DNA from: Pseudomonadota bacterium
GTDB lineage: Bacteria > Pseudomonadota > Gammaproteobacteria > Francisellales > CACEW01
Assembly (NCBI GenBank): GCA_021848625.1
Contig: JAJZUD010000001.1
Span: 3,894 to 67,893, forward strand
DNA: 64,000 bases
Reading direction: 5' to 3'
Shown here: one piece after another, positions 17,200-27,421 of the stretch
Layout of the letters: each line of letters begins with the position of its first letter
Position numbering within the stretch: position 1 is the stretch's first letter
Made by a program: the position numbers and the translations under genes
Notes under the pieces: model-generated
Databases searched by the model: none
What the model was told of the DNA's origin: nothing
The model's input: the letters and a program-made list of their open reading frames with translations, nothing else

Positions 17200-17739
17200 A
17201 TGCAATTTGAGGAGGCAGAACTCAAAGGGGTGTTTGTGATCACTTTGAATCCTCTTCGCGATGAGCGAGGATTTTTTGCACGCAGCTTTTGTCAAAAAGA
17301 GTTTGCGCAACATGGTTTGAATCCGCACATCAGCCAATGTAATGTTTCCTATAATAAAAAAAAAGGGACTTTGCGAGGCATGCATTATCAAGTTGCACCT
17401 CATGCTGAGACCAAAGTGGTATACTGTCGCAAAGGTGCCGTGTGGGATGTGGTGGTGGATGTACGTGTTAAATCGCCTACTTTTGGCCAGTGGCAAGGGT
17501 TTGAGTTGAGTGAAACAAATCAATGCGCTTTATATATTCCCGAGGGCTTTGCCCATGGGTTTCAAGCTTTGCGGGACGATACTGAGCTTTTTTATTTAAT
17601 GGGATCAGATTATCATCCCGCCTCTGCCAGAGGGTTGTTTGCGCAGGATCCAGAGCTTAATATCATATGGCCTATTCAGCCAATAATAAGTTCTCCCAAA
17701 GACCTAGCCTTGCCTGGTTTAAAGGATATCCAACCATGA
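17200..17739 (+). CDS. NDP-4-keto-6-deoxyhexose 3,5-epimerase (RfbC/RmlC cupin family)
   Basis: GVFVITLNPLRDERGFFARSF, GTLRGMHYQ, KVVYCRKGAVWDVVVDVR..SPTFGQW. ATG 17200 lies 2 nt after the preceding stop. Confidence 0.8.
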   Translation: MQFEEAELKGVFVITLNPLRDERGFFARSFCQKEFAQHGLNPHISQCNVSYNKKKGTLRGMHYQVAPHAETKVVYCRKGAVWDVVVDVRVKSPTFGQWQGFELSETNQCALYIPEGFAHGFQALRDDTELFYLMGSDYHPASARGLFAQDPELNIIWPIQPIISSPKDLALPGLKDIQP

Positions 17740-18599
17740 AGCGTGTTTTAGTGACGGGCGCGCGCGGCTTTATTGGCCAGCATACCCTTCCTTTTTTAGA
17801 AAGCAAAGGCTTTGAAGTATCTGTCAGTTCTGGAGTGGATGTATTGGATCAAAAAGCCATGCAGGCGCTTTTGCAAGCAGTCAAGCCCACCCATCTTTTG
17901 CATTTAGCTTGGTATGCTAAGCCGCCACAATATTGGCATTCTCCGGTGAATTTTTCCTGGGTTAAGGCGAGTCTCGATTTATTGGAAGCTTTTATTGGAC
18001 AGGGTGGAAAGCGTGCTGTTTTTGCAGGGACTTGCGCTGAATATGATTGGCAATATGGTTTGTGTAAAGAGTACGAGACGCCTTGTCAGCCTAATACAGT
18101 TTATGGTACTGCGAAATACGCCCTGTCTTTGCTGGCAGAGGCCATGGCAAAACAGCACAATCTTTCCTTTGCGTCCGGAAGAATTTTTTTTCTGTTTGGG
18201 CCTCACGAGTATCGAGAGCGCTTGATTTCAGGGCTCATTTGTCATGTGTTGACCCAGCAAAAATTTACTCTCAACAGTGCTTATCAAATTCGTGATTTTA
18301 TGTATGTTAAAGATGTGGCTAGTGCCTTGGTTGCTTTGTTGGATAGTGAAGTGAGCGGCTCTGTGAATATTGGCTCTGGAGAGGTCATGCGTGTTGGGGA
18401 TTTAGCTCATCTATTGGCTCAAAAATTGAAAGCAGAGCCATGGATCAATGAGGAAAGGCCTGCGCAGAAAACCAATATGATCGTCGTGCCCGAGCTGACA
18501 CGACTTTTCAATGAAGTGAATTGGCGTCCTGCCTACACACTGGATCAAGCCTTGGATGAGACCATTTTGTGGTGGAAGGAGCATGTCTCTCATGGCTAA
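17736..18599 (+). CDS. NAD(P)-dependent sugar epimerase/reductase (SDR family)
   Basis: MKRVLVTGARGFIGQH at ATG 17736 (ATGA overlap with the epimerase stop); YGTAKYA = YxxxK. Likely the 4-ketoreductase of the C-methyl-deoxyhexose branch. Confidence 0.65.
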   Translation: MKRVLVTGARGFIGQHTLPFLESKGFEVSVSSGVDVLDQKAMQALLQAVKPTHLLHLAWYAKPPQYWHSPVNFSWVKASLDLLEAFIGQGGKRAVFAGTCAEYDWQYGLCKEYETPCQPNTVYGTAKYALSLLAEAMAKQHNLSFASGRIFFLFGPHEYRERLISGLICHVLTQQKFTLNSAYQIRDFMYVKDVASALVALLDSEVSGSVNIGSGEVMRVGDLAHLLAQKLKAEPWINEERPAQKTNMIVVPELTRLFNEVNWRPAYTLDQALDETILWWKEHVSHG

Positions 18600-19809
18600 A
18601 GTGCTGTATATTTCATTGAATGGGATGACGGAGGCATTAGGGGAATCCCAGGTGGTCCAATATCTTCTGGACTTGGTGAAGATGCATGCAATTTATCTGC
18701 TCTCTTTTGAGAAGCAGCAGGATCAAAAAAAATATAGCGAGATGCGAACCCGATTGGAAGAGGTTGGGATTCGCTGGGATTTTTTTGTCTATTCGAATCG
18801 TTATGGAGTGTTGTCGAGCATCTGGCAGGTTATCATTGCCCTGTGTGTTTTAATAAAATGGGTCCGTCGGGAAAAAATTGAAATAGTTCATGCACGAAGT
18901 TTAATTCCAGGCGTCATGGGTTTGCTTTTAAAAAAAATCTTTAAAATAAAATTTTTGTTTGATATTCGAGGTTTTGCTTTAGAAGAAAAAATTGTGGATG
19001 GTCGCTTGAAGCGCGATGCTTTACTCACCCAAATATTGCTTAAATTAGAAAGTCTTGTTTATAAAAATGCGGACCATATTGTCACCTTAACCCATGTGTC
19101 AAAACCGATTATTCATGAGCGTTATGGGGTGTCCGATCACCAAATTACAGTGATTCCAACTTGCGCTAATCCTGAGGTTTTTAAACGTATGAGTGCAGCT
19201 GAGACACTCGATTTTAGGTGGAGTTTGGGCTTTGATCAGGATGATTTTATTCTCTTACATAGTGGTTCGGTAAATGGCTGGGTCGATTTTGAAGCAGAAT
19301 GTCTGTTATTTAAAGCGCTGCACCTGCTTCACCCTCAAATTAAATGGTTGATCTTAAATAATGGGCAGCATGAAAGCATAGAAGCCTTGCTGTTAAAATA
19401 TGGCGTAGATTCAGGTTATGGTTTGAGAGCAGCCTCTTTTAAAGAGGTTTATCAATACCTAAACGTGGCAGATGCAAGTTTGTTTTTTATCAAGCCTTGT
19501 TTTGCGAAGCAGGCATCAGCTCCAACGAAATTTGCTGAAAATGTGTCGTGTCACCTGTTTTCTATTACCAATCAAGGTTATGGAGATATGACGCATTATT
19601 TGTCAGAATATCCTGATGTAGGCTTGCTTCTAGACCTGCAAAGAGTGCGTGATGATCCGAGGGGAGAGGCTCAAAAGCTTTGGGAGAAGCTTCAAAAACG
19701 GGAGCAGCCAGGAAGATTTTCCTCTTTATTTCGGGTGCATTTTTCAAAAAAAACAGCCGTGGGTCGTTATGATCAAATCTATCGCGATTTGGCGGGGACA
19801 ATAAGATGA
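18592..19809 (+). CDS. Glycosyltransferase (GT4-like, GT-B)
   Basis: MAKVLYISLNGMTEALGESQV start at ATG 18592. Size and two-domain layout fit the family. Chained to neighbours by overlaps. Confidence 0.6.
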   Translation: MAKVLYISLNGMTEALGESQVVQYLLDLVKMHAIYLLSFEKQQDQKKYSEMRTRLEEVGIRWDFFVYSNRYGVLSSIWQVIIALCVLIKWVRREKIEIVHARSLIPGVMGLLLKKIFKIKFLFDIRGFALEEKIVDGRLKRDALLTQILLKLESLVYKNADHIVTLTHVSKPIIHERYGVSDHQITVIPTCANPEVFKRMSAAETLDFRWSLGFDQDDFILLHSGSVNGWVDFEAECLLFKALHLLHPQIKWLILNNGQHESIEALLLKYGVDSGYGLRAASFKEVYQYLNVADASLFFIKPCFAKQASAPTKFAENVSCHLFSITNQGYGDMTHYLSEYPDVGLLLDLQRVRDDPRGEAQKLWEKLQKREQPGRFSSLFRVHFSKKTAVGRYDQIYRDLAGTIR

Positions 19810-20903
19810 AACTATTGGTTTTATCACGATATGATGCTGCCGGAGCAAGCTCTCGCTATCGGGCATTGCAGTATTTTGATTATTTGGAGCTACAAGGTGT
19901 TGAAATCACATTTAGGCCATTATTAGATCATGTTCATCTTCAGCGAGCTTTTAAAAACAAGAAAAAATCCTTCAGTTATTTGTTTTACCGTTACTTAAAA
20001 CGTGCCTTATTCTTACTCTTTCAAAAATCAAAATATGATTTAGCTTACATTACCGATGGGGAGTTATTTCCCTTTTTGCCTTTTGGTTTAGAGCAGTTTT
20101 TTTTGCCTAAAAAATATGTGGTGGATTACGATGATGCTGTGTTTCACTACTATGATATGCACAGGTGGAAGAAGTGTCGTCAATTATTGAGTGGGAAAAT
20201 TCCCAATATCATGCGCAGAGCGCAGCATGTGATTGTTGGAAATGATTATGTGTATCAAAAAGCCATGGCCTTTGGCGCAAAAAAAATTACGGCCATTCCC
20301 ACGGTTGTGGATATGGAGAAATATAAACCACTGGGGCAGCCTGGCATTGAAGAAAAGGAAGTAGTGATTGGTTGGGTGGGTTCTCCCACGACCCTCCGCC
20401 ATTTGGCTTTAATTGATAAGGCATTAATTGCACTGTCTAAAAAAATAAAAATCAGAGTGAGTGTAATAGGGGGTATTCATGCAATTCCAGGAGTACAAAT
20501 GGAGTGTGAAAATTGGCCGCAGGGTTGGAATGAAGCAGAAGAAATTGCGTTATTACAAAAAGTTGATATTGGCATTATGCCTTTAATTGATGAGCCATGG
20601 GAACGAGGGAAGTGCGGATTTAAGCTGATCAAATACATGTCATGCGCTAAGCCGATGGTGGCGTCTCCTGTTAGTATAAATGCCCAAATAGTAGAATCTG
20701 GCAAAAATGGTTATCTTGCGGATTCTTTAGAGGAGTGGGAGGAGTGCTTATTTCGCCTAGCAGTAGACCCTGAATTGCGTACTACAATGGGTCGATGTGC
20801 GCGTGACAAGGGGCTTCAAGAATATAGCTTAGAGAGAGCAGCACCCTTGCTTCTCACTATTTTACAGTCTGCGATGCAAGGTGAGGGCAGTCAAAGTGGA
20901 TAG
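19806..20903 (+). CDS. Glycosyltransferase (GT-B)
   Basis: 365 aa. The C-terminal IGIMPLIDEPWERGKCGFKLIKYMSCAKPMVASPV resembles the GT1/GT4 nucleotide-sugar binding half. ATGA overlap at 19806. Confidence 0.55.
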   Translation: MKLLVLSRYDAAGASSRYRALQYFDYLELQGVEITFRPLLDHVHLQRAFKNKKKSFSYLFYRYLKRALFLLFQKSKYDLAYITDGELFPFLPFGLEQFFLPKKYVVDYDDAVFHYYDMHRWKKCRQLLSGKIPNIMRRAQHVIVGNDYVYQKAMAFGAKKITAIPTVVDMEKYKPLGQPGIEEKEVVIGWVGSPTTLRHLALIDKALIALSKKIKIRVSVIGGIHAIPGVQMECENWPQGWNEAEEIALLQKVDIGIMPLIDEPWERGKCGFKLIKYMSCAKPMVASPVSINAQIVESGKNGYLADSLEEWEECLFRLAVDPELRTTMGRCARDKGLQEYSLERAAPLLLTILQSAMQGEGSQSG

Positions 20904-22014
20904 TAATAAAGTTGTTTTTATAGCCAGCTTCCCCGATTCCTTGCTTAATTTTCGTTTACAGTTGATGCAAGCCTGTCAAGATAAGGGCTTTGAGGTGGTT
21001 GCAATTGCTCCTGAAAACGCGTCAGTCCAAAAAAAATTAGAGTCATATCAAATTCGATTTATTGCCATTCCCCTTGCTCGTAATGGGTTAAACCCAATAC
21101 AGGACTTCAAATTAATGCGAGTGCTTCGGCAAATATTGCGTAAAGAGAGGCCGCAAATTGTCTTTAGTTATACAATAAAACCAGTGATTTATGGGTCTTT
21201 GGTGGCCCGATTGGTCAAGATCCCTAAAATTTATGCATTAATTACAGGTACAGGCTATGTTTTTTTGGATCATAGCATCAAAACTCGCCTCATCGGGGTC
21301 GTGGCAAGAGGGTTGTTTAGGATAGCTTTACGGTGTGCCCACAAAGTTTTTTTTCAGAATCAGGATAACCAAGCATTGTTCTTACAGAAAAATCTGGTTA
21401 ATAAAAATGCAAAAACTTGTGTTGTGAATGGTTCTGGCGTAGATTGTGATGTGTTTTTACCTGCGCCCTATCCGGTGGACCTTTCATTTTTAATGATCGC
21501 GCGTTTATTATACGATAAAGGAGTCAGGGAGTATGTGGCCGCTGCAAAAATACTTCGCAGGCGCTACCCCCATCTAAAATTTAAATTAGTGGGTTGGATT
21601 GATAGTAATCCCAATGCGGTTTCTAAAACTGAATTAGGAAATTGGGTGGAAAGTGGCGATATTGAGTATTTAGGTAAGCTTGAAGATGTGAGGCCTGCCA
21701 TCGCAGATTCATCAGTCTATGTTTTGCCTTCTTATCATGAAGGGACCCCTCGCACTGTGCTAGAGGCAATGGCAATGGGGCGACCGATTGTGACGACTGA
21801 TGCACCGGGTTGTCGGGAAACGGTCATTCCGGGTCAAAATGGATTTTTAGTCCCACCTAAAGCAGTTGAGCCCCTTTGTGAAATGATGGAGCAGTTTATT
21901 AAAGCCCCTCAGTTGATTCCGGAGATGGGCATCGCAAGCCGCAAAATTGCTCTAGGAAAATATGATGTCAATAAAGTGAATGCTAGCATTTTAAAAGAGA
22001 TGGGGTTAGAATAA
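20881..22014 (+). CDS. Glycosyltransferase family 4/1
   Basis: KVVFIASFPDSLLNFRLQLMQ..., SYHEGTPRTVLEAMAMGRPIVTTDAPGCRE (EX7E-type motif). Start is GTG 20881 or GTG 20896. Confidence 0.7.
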   Translation: MRAVKVDSNKVVFIASFPDSLLNFRLQLMQACQDKGFEVVAIAPENASVQKKLESYQIRFIAIPLARNGLNPIQDFKLMRVLRQILRKERPQIVFSYTIKPVIYGSLVARLVKIPKIYALITGTGYVFLDHSIKTRLIGVVARGLFRIALRCAHKVFFQNQDNQALFLQKNLVNKNAKTCVVNGSGVDCDVFLPAPYPVDLSFLMIARLLYDKGVREYVAAAKILRRRYPHLKFKLVGWIDSNPNAVSKTELGNWVESGDIEYLGKLEDVRPAIADSSVYVLPSYHEGTPRTVLEAMAMGRPIVTTDAPGCRETVIPGQNGFLVPPKAVEPLCEMMEQFIKAPQLIPEMGIASRKIALGKYDVNKVNASILKEMGLE

Positions 22015-22048
22015 CCCGTTTTATATCAGCTAAATAACGAGGGAAATA

Positions 22049-22708
22049 ATGTCAGGGAATGATTTCAAGAAAATTCAAAGTCGTTTTGAGAAAGATGCCA
22101 AGGCATTTGACTCCATCTACAGCGATGGGAGTGAATTTAACACCTGGTTCAATCGTCGTTTTAGAAAACCTATTTTTGAGCGTTTTGATTTAGTTGATCA
22201 GTTGATGGGGGACATTAAAGGCAAAAATGTTTTGGATATCGGCTGTGGCTCTGGTGTCTATATTGTTAATTTTGCCGCCAAAGGTGCGGCTTTCGTGTTG
22301 GGAGTGGATTTTTCACAACCTATGTTAGATATTGCAAAACGTCGGGTAGAGTCTCAGAACTTTAGCACCCAATGTGAATTCCGGGTCGCTAATTTTTTAG
22401 AAACAGATTTCAATCAGAAATTTGATGTGACCATTGCAATCGGGGTATTTGATTATCTTGCTAACCCAGAGCCTTTTTTGAAAAAAATGAAGGAAGTGAC
22501 CCAAGGCAAGATCATTATTTCCTTTCCTGGGCATTCGCTTATTCGTGGCGCATTGCGTAAATTACGTTATTTATTTACAAGCAAGGGAAGCGTTTATTTC
22601 TATTCTAAAAAGCGGATTGAGGATTTAGTTAAGGCTGTAGGCTTTAGTCATTATGAAGTCATCCCCATGAAAACAGGAAGTGGTTTTGTGCTCTTGGCTC
22701 AGCCTTAG
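22049..22708 (+). CDS. Class I SAM-dependent methyltransferase
   Basis: VLDIGCGSGVY motif I; 219 aa. Confidence 0.7.
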   Translation: MSGNDFKKIQSRFEKDAKAFDSIYSDGSEFNTWFNRRFRKPIFERFDLVDQLMGDIKGKNVLDIGCGSGVYIVNFAAKGAAFVLGVDFSQPMLDIAKRRVESQNFSTQCEFRVANFLETDFNQKFDVTIAIGVFDYLANPEPFLKKMKEVTQGKIIISFPGHSLIRGALRKLRYLFTSKGSVYFYSKKRIEDLVKAVGFSHYEVIPMKTGSGFVLLAQP

Positions 22709-22718
22709 AGCATGAGCG

Positions 22719-23321
22719 ATGGGCAAGCGAGCAGTTGATTTTACTCTAGCGTTAATCGCGCTCATCTTCCTGTCTCCTGTTTTTTTAGTTTTAGCTTTAT
22801 TGATAAAATTAGAGACAGGTGGGAGTGTTTTTTTCTTACAAAAAAGAGTAGGTAAAAACGAAAAGCCCTTTACTATTTTTAAATTCCGTAGCATGTATGA
22901 AAAGCATGGTCTAACCCCAGAAGAACTAGGCCCGGTCAAGCATAATCATGCAGTGGTCACAAAATTAGGCCATTTTATGCGGCGCACTAAGTTAGATGAA
23001 ATCCCGCAGTTTGTAAATGTATTGATGGGGACAATGAGCATAGTCGGTCCGCGGCCTTGTTTGTACTCTAGTCTTGAAGAGATGAGTGAGGACGAGCGAA
23101 GACGGTTTAGTGTGTCCCCTGGGGTGAGTGGCTGGGCCGAGGTCAATGGGAATGTAGAATTAACTTGGCACGAACAGTTGGCATTAGACTTATGGTATAT
23201 TGATCACCAAAGTTTTTGGTTGGATTGGCTGATTATCGGCAAAACTCTCAAAACTATTTTTTGGGGTTCCATTCGCAATGAAAAAGCCTTACTGCAAGCC
23301 CATAAACATGAAAATGACTGA
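22719..23321 (+). CDS. Small monotopic phosphoglycosyl transferase (PglC/WbaP-C-terminal type), copy 1
   Basis: N-terminal re-entrant helix, FKFRSM, LDEIPQFVNVLMGTMSIVGPRP. Confidence 0.85.
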   Translation: MGKRAVDFTLALIALIFLSPVFLVLALLIKLETGGSVFFLQKRVGKNEKPFTIFKFRSMYEKHGLTPEELGPVKHNHAVVTKLGHFMRRTKLDEIPQFVNVLMGTMSIVGPRPCLYSSLEEMSEDERRRFSVSPGVSGWAEVNGNVELTWHEQLALDLWYIDHQSFWLDWLIIGKTLKTIFWGSIRNEKALLQAHKHEND

Positions 23322-23329
23322 GGAAAATA

Positions 23330-23992
23330 ATGAAAGTATTGGTAATTGCCCCTCATCCTGATGATGAAATTTTGGGCTGTGGTGCCACGATGGCTCGGTT
23401 TGCAAAAGAAGGCCATGAGGTGTATGTGGCTATTTTAACAAAGGCGGGGCCTCCCCTTTTTTCTGTAGCTCAAGTTGAGCAGGGTAGGAAAGAGGCTCTG
23501 TTGGCACATCATTTGTTAGGAGTGAAGGAGACTTTTTTTCGTGATCTACCCGCTGCAGAGTTAGATAGAGTCGCGCATGCTGAGGTCAACCAAGTGATTG
23601 GAGCCCTGATCAAAGAGATTCAGCCCGAGATGGTTTTTATCCCTTTCATTGGAGATATTCATTTGGATCATCAGTCTATTAGTCTTTCATCTTTGGTGGC
23701 AATGCGCCCCAATCAGTGGGCTTACCCTACCAAGATTTGCGCCTATGAAACCCTTTCCGAAACCAACTGGAATGCACCTTTTCTAACTCCAAGGTTTCAG
23801 CCTAATCTATTCATTGATGTGAGTGAGTTTCTTGCCTTAAAATTACAGGCCTTTAGCCTGCATCAATCACAGGTCAAGGCCTTTCCTCATGAGCGTTCAT
23901 TGAAAGCTTTGGAGGCATTAGCTATTCTAAGAGGCAGTACTGTGCATCGACATGCAGCCGAAGCCTTTGTCGTGATCAGAGAGGTTTTGTAA
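23330..23992 (+). CDS. PIG-L/LmbE family N-acetyl-sugar deacetylase
   Basis: VLVIAPHPDDEILGCG and GDIHLDH motifs. Confidence 0.75.
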   Translation: MKVLVIAPHPDDEILGCGATMARFAKEGHEVYVAILTKAGPPLFSVAQVEQGRKEALLAHHLLGVKETFFRDLPAAELDRVAHAEVNQVIGALIKEIQPEMVFIPFIGDIHLDHQSISLSSLVAMRPNQWAYPTKICAYETLSETNWNAPFLTPRFQPNLFIDVSEFLALKLQAFSLHQSQVKAFPHERSLKALEALAILRGSTVHRHAAEAFVVIREVL

Positions 23993-23995
23993 CGT

Positions 23996-24991
23996 ATGTC
24001 CCATTTTGAAGTAATCAAAAAAGAGCTGACGAAAACCTCTTATACTTGGCTTGTGACGGGAGTTGCAGGGTTTATTGGCAGTCATTTACTGGAGTTCTTG
24101 CTGGCGCACAATCAGAAGGTCATTGGGATAGATAATTTTGCTACGGGTAATCAGGCAAATATTCAGCCTTTTTTGGGTTCTCCATTATTTAAGTTTTATG
24201 AAAGTGATATTCGAGATGCGCATGCTTGTGCAGAAGTAATGCCAGGGGTGGATTTTGTCTTGCATCAGGCTGCATTAGGCAGTGTGCCGCGTTCGATCAA
24301 GGACCCCATGGCCACGCACGATGTGAATGTCACTGGCTTTCTGAATATGCTGATTGCTGCAAAAGATGCGGGAGTCAAGCGATTTGTCTATGCTTCCTCA
24401 AGTTCAGTATACGGAGACTCCCCTATTTTGCCCAAAGTGGAAATACATCAAGGCAATCCGCTTTCTCCCTATGCAGTGAGCAAAATGACCAATGAGCTTT
24501 ACGCAAAAGCCTTTAGCAATTGTTATGATATCGAAACAATTGGCTTGCGTTATTTTAATGTCTTTGGTGCAAGACAAGACCCTAACGGCCAGTATGCAGC
24601 GGTGATTCCATTGTGGGTGAAGGCGTTATTGCAAAAAGAACCTGTTTATATTAACGGCGATGGTGAGACCTCACGTGATTTTTGCTATGTCAAGAATGTG
24701 GTTCAAGCGAATATTTTAGCGGCGACGACTCAAAATAAGGAAGCGGTGAACACAGCATATAACGTTGCGGTAGGAGATCAAACCAGTCTGAATCAGCTGT
24801 ATCTAGCCCTGACAGAACGTCTCAAGATCAAAGGGGCAGGCCCAATCTATCGGGATTTTCGTGCTGGGGATGTGAGACATTCTCTTGCCAGTATTGAAAA
24901 AGCCCAAAATCTTTTAGGGTACAAGCCGACGCATAAAATTGATGCGGGCTTGGACGAAGCAATTAAGTGGTACCAGAATCATGTGGTCTAA
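23996..24991 (+). CDS. UDP-HexNAc(A) 4-epimerase (WbpP/TviC-like SDR)
   Basis: [23 protein letters not shown] (YxxxK); 331 aa. Natural partner of the TviB-like dehydrogenase. Confidence 0.8.
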   Translation: MSHFEVIKKELTKTSYTWLVTGVAGFIGSHLLEFLLAHNQKVIGIDNFATGNQANIQPFLGSPLFKFYESDIRDAHACAEVMPGVDFVLHQAALGSVPRSIKDPMATHDVNVTGFLNMLIAAKDAGVKRFVYASSSSVYGDSPILPKVEIHQGNPLSPYAVSKMTNELYAKAFSNCYDIETIGLRYFNVFGARQDPNGQYAAVIPLWVKALLQKEPVYINGDGETSRDFCYVKNVVQANILAATTQNKEAVNTAYNVAVGDQTSLNQLYLALTERLKIKGAGPIYRDFRAGDVRHSLASIEKAQNLLGYKPTHKIDAGLDEAIKWYQNHVV

Positions 24992-25586
24992 ATTTTTTAA
25001 GAGAATTTTTGACTTTTGCTTTGCTCTGTTATTGTGTATTTTGTTGTGTTGGCTATTTGTTATTTTACTTATTTTAGTGAGGATTGTTTTAGGTTCTCCA
25101 GTGATTTTCAAGCAGGAACGTGTGGGTCGTTCTGAGCGAATATTCAAAGTTTATAAATTTCGTTCTATGACTGATCGACGTGATCAAAAAGGGATGTTAT
25201 TGCCGGATGAAATCCGCCTAACGTGTTTCGGACGGTTTTTGCGTCATTCTAGTTTAGATGAGCTACCCCAATTGTGGAATATCCTAAAAGGGGATATGAG
25301 CGTTGTGGGCCCCCGCCCCCTGTTAGTTGAATATTTGCCATTGTATGATGATGAGCAGAGAAGGCGGCATTTTGTCAGGCCAGGCCTGACGGGTTGGGCG
25401 CAGGTGAATGGTCGAAATACAATTTCCTGGCAAGAAAAATTTAAATTAGATGTTTGGTATGTTGATCATCAAGATTTTTTTCTAGATCTAAAAATTTTGC
25501 TATTGACGATTAAAAGAGTGCTTGGATCGCAAGGGATCCAACAAGCCGGCCAAGCTACAGTTGAAAAATTTAACGGAGCCAACTGA
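24981..25586 (+). CDS. Small monotopic phosphoglycosyl transferase, copy 2 (PglC-like)
   Basis: [12 protein letters not shown] start at ATG 24981 (the track ORF start 24939 lies inside the previous gene); [28 protein letters not shown]. Confidence 0.85.
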   Translation: MWSKFFKRIFDFCFALLLCILLCWLFVILLILVRIVLGSPVIFKQERVGRSERIFKVYKFRSMTDRRDQKGMLLPDEIRLTCFGRFLRHSSLDELPQLWNILKGDMSVVGPRPLLVEYLPLYDDEQRRRHFVRPGLTGWAQVNGRNTISWQEKFKLDVWYVDHQDFFLDLKILLLTIKRVLGSQGIQQAGQATVEKFNGAN

Positions 25587-26216
25587 ATGTCTCAGTCTTT
25601 CTTCATACTCGGTGCAGGAGGTCATGCCAAAGTCGTGGTAGATGTATTGCTTCAAAGAGGGCAGACCCATCTCCACATTTTTGATGATCACCCTGCAAAA
25701 TTAAATACGACTTTACTGGGATATAAGGTGGAAGGTTCACAGCAAGATCTTCTTTATGCTTATTCTCAAAATAATACTGTACAGGTGATCATTGCAGTGG
25801 GTCAAAATGAAACGCGTCAAAGCATTTATGAAGTATTGTTGGCGCATGGGATTAAATTTGGAAACGCCATTCACCCTCATGTAGTGATTGCCCCTTCTGT
25901 ACGTTTAGGCCAAGGGCTGATGATCATGGCGGGCGTAGTGATTAACCCGGATGTGACGATTGCGGATAGTGTGATTGTGAATACAGGTGCAGTCGTGGAG
26001 CACGATTGTGTGATCGGTGCCCATAGTCATATTGCACCGAATGCAACTTTATGTGGTGATGTCCGGGTTGGAGAATCAACTTTAATTGGCGCCGGAGCCA
26101 TTATTTTGCCAGGGATCAAAATTGGTTCATCTTGTACGATCGGTGCGGGGGCGGTAGTCACCCAAGATATTCCAGATGGAAAAACGGCTGTGGGGATTCC
26201 CGCACACTTAACTTAA
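25587..26216 (+). CDS. NeuD/PglD-family amino-sugar N-acetyltransferase
   Basis: FFILGAGGHAKVVVDVL N-domain followed by a hexapeptide beta-helix. Confidence 0.75.
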   Translation: MSQSFFILGAGGHAKVVVDVLLQRGQTHLHIFDDHPAKLNTTLLGYKVEGSQQDLLYAYSQNNTVQVIIAVGQNETRQSIYEVLLAHGIKFGNAIHPHVVIAPSVRLGQGLMIMAGVVINPDVTIADSVIVNTGAVVEHDCVIGAHSHIAPNATLCGDVRVGESTLIGAGAIILPGIKIGSSCTIGAGAVVTQDIPDGKTAVGIPAHLT

Positions 26217-26254
26217 GTTTATAATGCCTAGAGTTTTAATGAAAAGAGTGAGCG

Positions 26255-27421
26255 ATGTTCGGGAAAAAATGGCCTATTTATCCTCAAGATGAAATTAATG
26301 CGGTTGTTAAAGTTCTGGAATCAGGAAAGGTCAACTACTGGACGGGCGATGAAGGCAAATTATTTGAAAAGGAGTATGCTGAATACTTAGGGATTAAGTA
26401 TGCCATTGCCGTTGCGAATGGAACCAATGCCCTTGAGCTTTGTCTCCATGCTTTGGGGGTTGGGCCGGGGGACGAGGTGATTATTCCCTGTCGTACCTTT
26501 TTAGCCACGGCAAGTTGTGTTGTCGAAGTGGGGGCAAAACCCGTGGTCTGTGATATTGATTTGATTTCACAAAATATCACTGTCGAGACGATCAAGCCCC
26601 ATGTCAACGCTAAAACCAAAGCAGTCATTGCGATGCATAATGGGGGTTGGCCTTGCGACATGGAATCCATTATGACATTTGCAAAACAACACAATTTATA
26701 TGTGATTGAAGACTGTGCTCAGGCGCATGGAGCAAAAATAAACGGACAGCCCGTTGGAAGCTTTGGTCACATGTCTGCATTTTCTTTTTGTCAGGATAAA
26801 ATTATCACAACGATGGGTGAGGGGGGGCTCGTTGCAACCAATGACCGCGCTTTGTGGAAAAAGGCATGGGCCTACAAAGATCATGGCAAAGATTATGACA
26901 CGGTCCACCATAAGGAGCACGCGCCTGGGTTTCGTTGGCTGCATGAGTCCTTTGGAAGTAATTATCGCATGACCGAGGCACAGGCTGCCGTGGGGCGAAT
27001 TCAACTCAAAAAATTGCCTGAATGGCAGAAAGTTCGCCAGCGAAATGCACTGATTCTGAAGGAGATATTGAAAGATTTAGGCCTCTTTGAGTTCTCTGCG
27101 CCTGAGTCAGGATACCTCCACGCCTACTATCGCTGTTATGTTTCGGTTAAGTTAGAGGCATTAAAACTGGGTTGGGATCGAGATCGTCTGATGGCCGCGA
27201 TTAATGCGGCAGGAGTGAAATGTTTGGTGGGGAATTGTCCTGAAATTTATCGTGAGGTGGTATTTGTAAAAGCGGGCCTTGCGCCAAAAGACCGGTTCTG
27301 TAATGCCAAAATTTGGGCTGATCGCAGCCTCTGTTTCCTAGTTGATCCTGTTTATGATGAACAAGATATGGCAAACATGGGGGCTCTAGTGAAACAAACC
27401 ACTCTCGAAGCAATATCATGA
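26255..27421 (+). CDS. DegT/DnrJ/EryC1-type sugar aminotransferase (PglE-like)
   Basis: GTNALELCL, SFCQDKIITTMGEGG (PLP Lys); 388 aa. Confidence 0.85.
   Translation: MFGKKWPIYPQDEINAVVKVLESGKVNYWTGDEGKLFEKEYAEYLGIKYAIAVANGTNALELCLHALGVGPGDEVIIPCRTFLATASCVVEVGAKPVVCDIDLISQNITVETIKPHVNAKTKAVIAMHNGGWPCDMESIMTFAKQHNLYVIEDCAQAHGAKINGQPVGSFGHMSAFSFCQDKIITTMGEGGLVATNDRALWKKAWAYKDHGKDYDTVHHKEHAPGFRWLHESFGSNYRMTEAQAAVGRIQLKKLPEWQKVRQRNALILKEILKDLGLFEFSAPESGYLHAYYRCYVSVKLEALKLGWDRDRLMAAINAAGVKCLVGNCPEIYREVVFVKAGLAPKDRFCNAKIWADRSLCFLVDPVYDEQDMANMGALVKQTTLEAIS

Noticed and set aside
17356-17364. A/T homopolymer tracts of 8-9 nt inside glycan genes as possible slipped-strand phase-variation switches. Examples are A9 in the 3,5-epimerase at 17356..17364, several A8/T8 runs in the glycosyltransferases between 18700 and 21040, and T8 at about 6203.
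   Set aside because: They are frequent throughout this AT-rich locus, mostly encode Lys/Phe runs, and 8-9 nt A/T tracts are marginal for phase variation. Without population or read-level length heterogeneity this is a compositional effect.
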